Shown one piece after another: positions 32,414 to 33,205 of a stretch of DNA of 33,205 nt. Where the stretch lies: assembly GCA_038087875.1 (NCBI GenBank), contig JAXLNO010000171.1, forward strand, positions 1 to 33,205, read 5' to 3'. A program made the position numbers and the translations under genes. How positions within the stretch are numbered: position 1 is the stretch's first letter; every line of letters starts with the position of its first letter. Source of the stretch: Malacoraja senta (lineage: Eukaryota). Below the pieces are notes generated by a model. It was not told the origin of the DNA and searched no databases. It saw nothing but the letters and a program-made list of their open reading frames with translations.

Positions 32414-33028
32414 GTCGGAGTCAGAGCCCCGCAGCCGACGGAGCCGAGCCCGCGGCTGGGGCCTGGATCAACGGAGCCTGCCACAGAGCCTGGGTCTGCA
32501 GAGCCCCCTGTTGGGGCCTGGGTAGACAGAGCCCGCGGCAGGGACCTGGATCAATGGAGGCCGCTGCTGGGGCCGGGGTAGATGAAGCCCATGGCCGGGG
32601 CCTGGGTAGACGGAGCCCGTAGCTGGGGCTGGGCCTGGGTCAATGGAGCCGGTGGCTGAGCCTGGGTCAATGCAATGGAGGCATCAGGAAGGGACCCGGC
32701 AGCGGTCGATGAGGACGCCGACCGACGGACGAGGACGGACCACGTGGGAGTGAGGACGCTACCGCCGAGGGGGAGGAACAATGGAGGACCTGGCATGGGG
32801 GGGATCACCAGGTGGAGAGGGAGTGGTGTGGGGAGGAGGAGAACAAAGGAGGACCTGGCGCAGGATGCCTTGTAACTTTATTGTCGCCCCTTATGTGGCA
32901 ACTATTGCATACCTTGGGTATGCAGGCCAGGAAGTTCACTGTGACTTTGTCACATGTGACAATAATATTCCCATTCATTCACTCATTCATTCATTCATTC
33001 ATTCATTCATTCATTCATTCATTCATTC
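32412..33028 (+). mobile_element. GC-rich non-autonomous retroposon with internal GGGCCTGG(A/G)T repeats and an (ATTC)n tail
   Basis: About 7 degenerate GGCCTGGRTCAAYGGAGCC-like units at 32455-32680. The tail is CACTGTGACTTTGTCACATGTGACAATAA followed by (ATTC)n. Confidence 0.72.
32973..33028. repeat. (ATTC)n microsatellite
   Basis: About 14 units with one interruption. Confidence 0.95.
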
Positions 33029-33205
33029 AATGGCCATGTTGCTGCCATTGGATGTCTTCTACAGCACCACCAAAACCTGTGGCTTCTGCAGGAGAGCGGG
33101 CACACGAGGGCAAACCATCTCTGAGTCGCACCATCCTGATTCATAAACATGTCACTGGTCTGTCATTGTCATGTGATCCAGATGCTCCACTGGACAGCAC
33201 TGGGT

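Overview
This is eukaryotic, repeat-dense intronic or intergenic DNA with no prokaryotic features (no CRISPR, operon or rRNA). The repeat set points to a cartilaginous fish, probably a skate or ray (inference): HE1-type V-SINEs with their partner CR1/HER1 LINEs, plus Penelope-like, Rex1/Babar, RTE and Tx1 retroelements. Most of the window is 5'-truncated, often nested retroelement fragments. It also holds three PIF/Harbinger-type MITEs and an internally deleted hAT transposon. The long ORFs I can recognise are broken retroelement or transposase pieces, or their antisense shadows. Two signals stand out. (1) At least six short (94-332 bp) Penelope-derived units carry minimal hammerhead-ribozyme motifs, and each has its own 10-14 bp target-site duplication; four are fold-back structures centred on the ribozyme. 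(2) A phase-compatible chain of small + strand candidate exons may belong to a host gene I cannot identify. PLE hammerheads are a known phenomenon; whether this particular mini-element family has been described cannot be judged without a database search.
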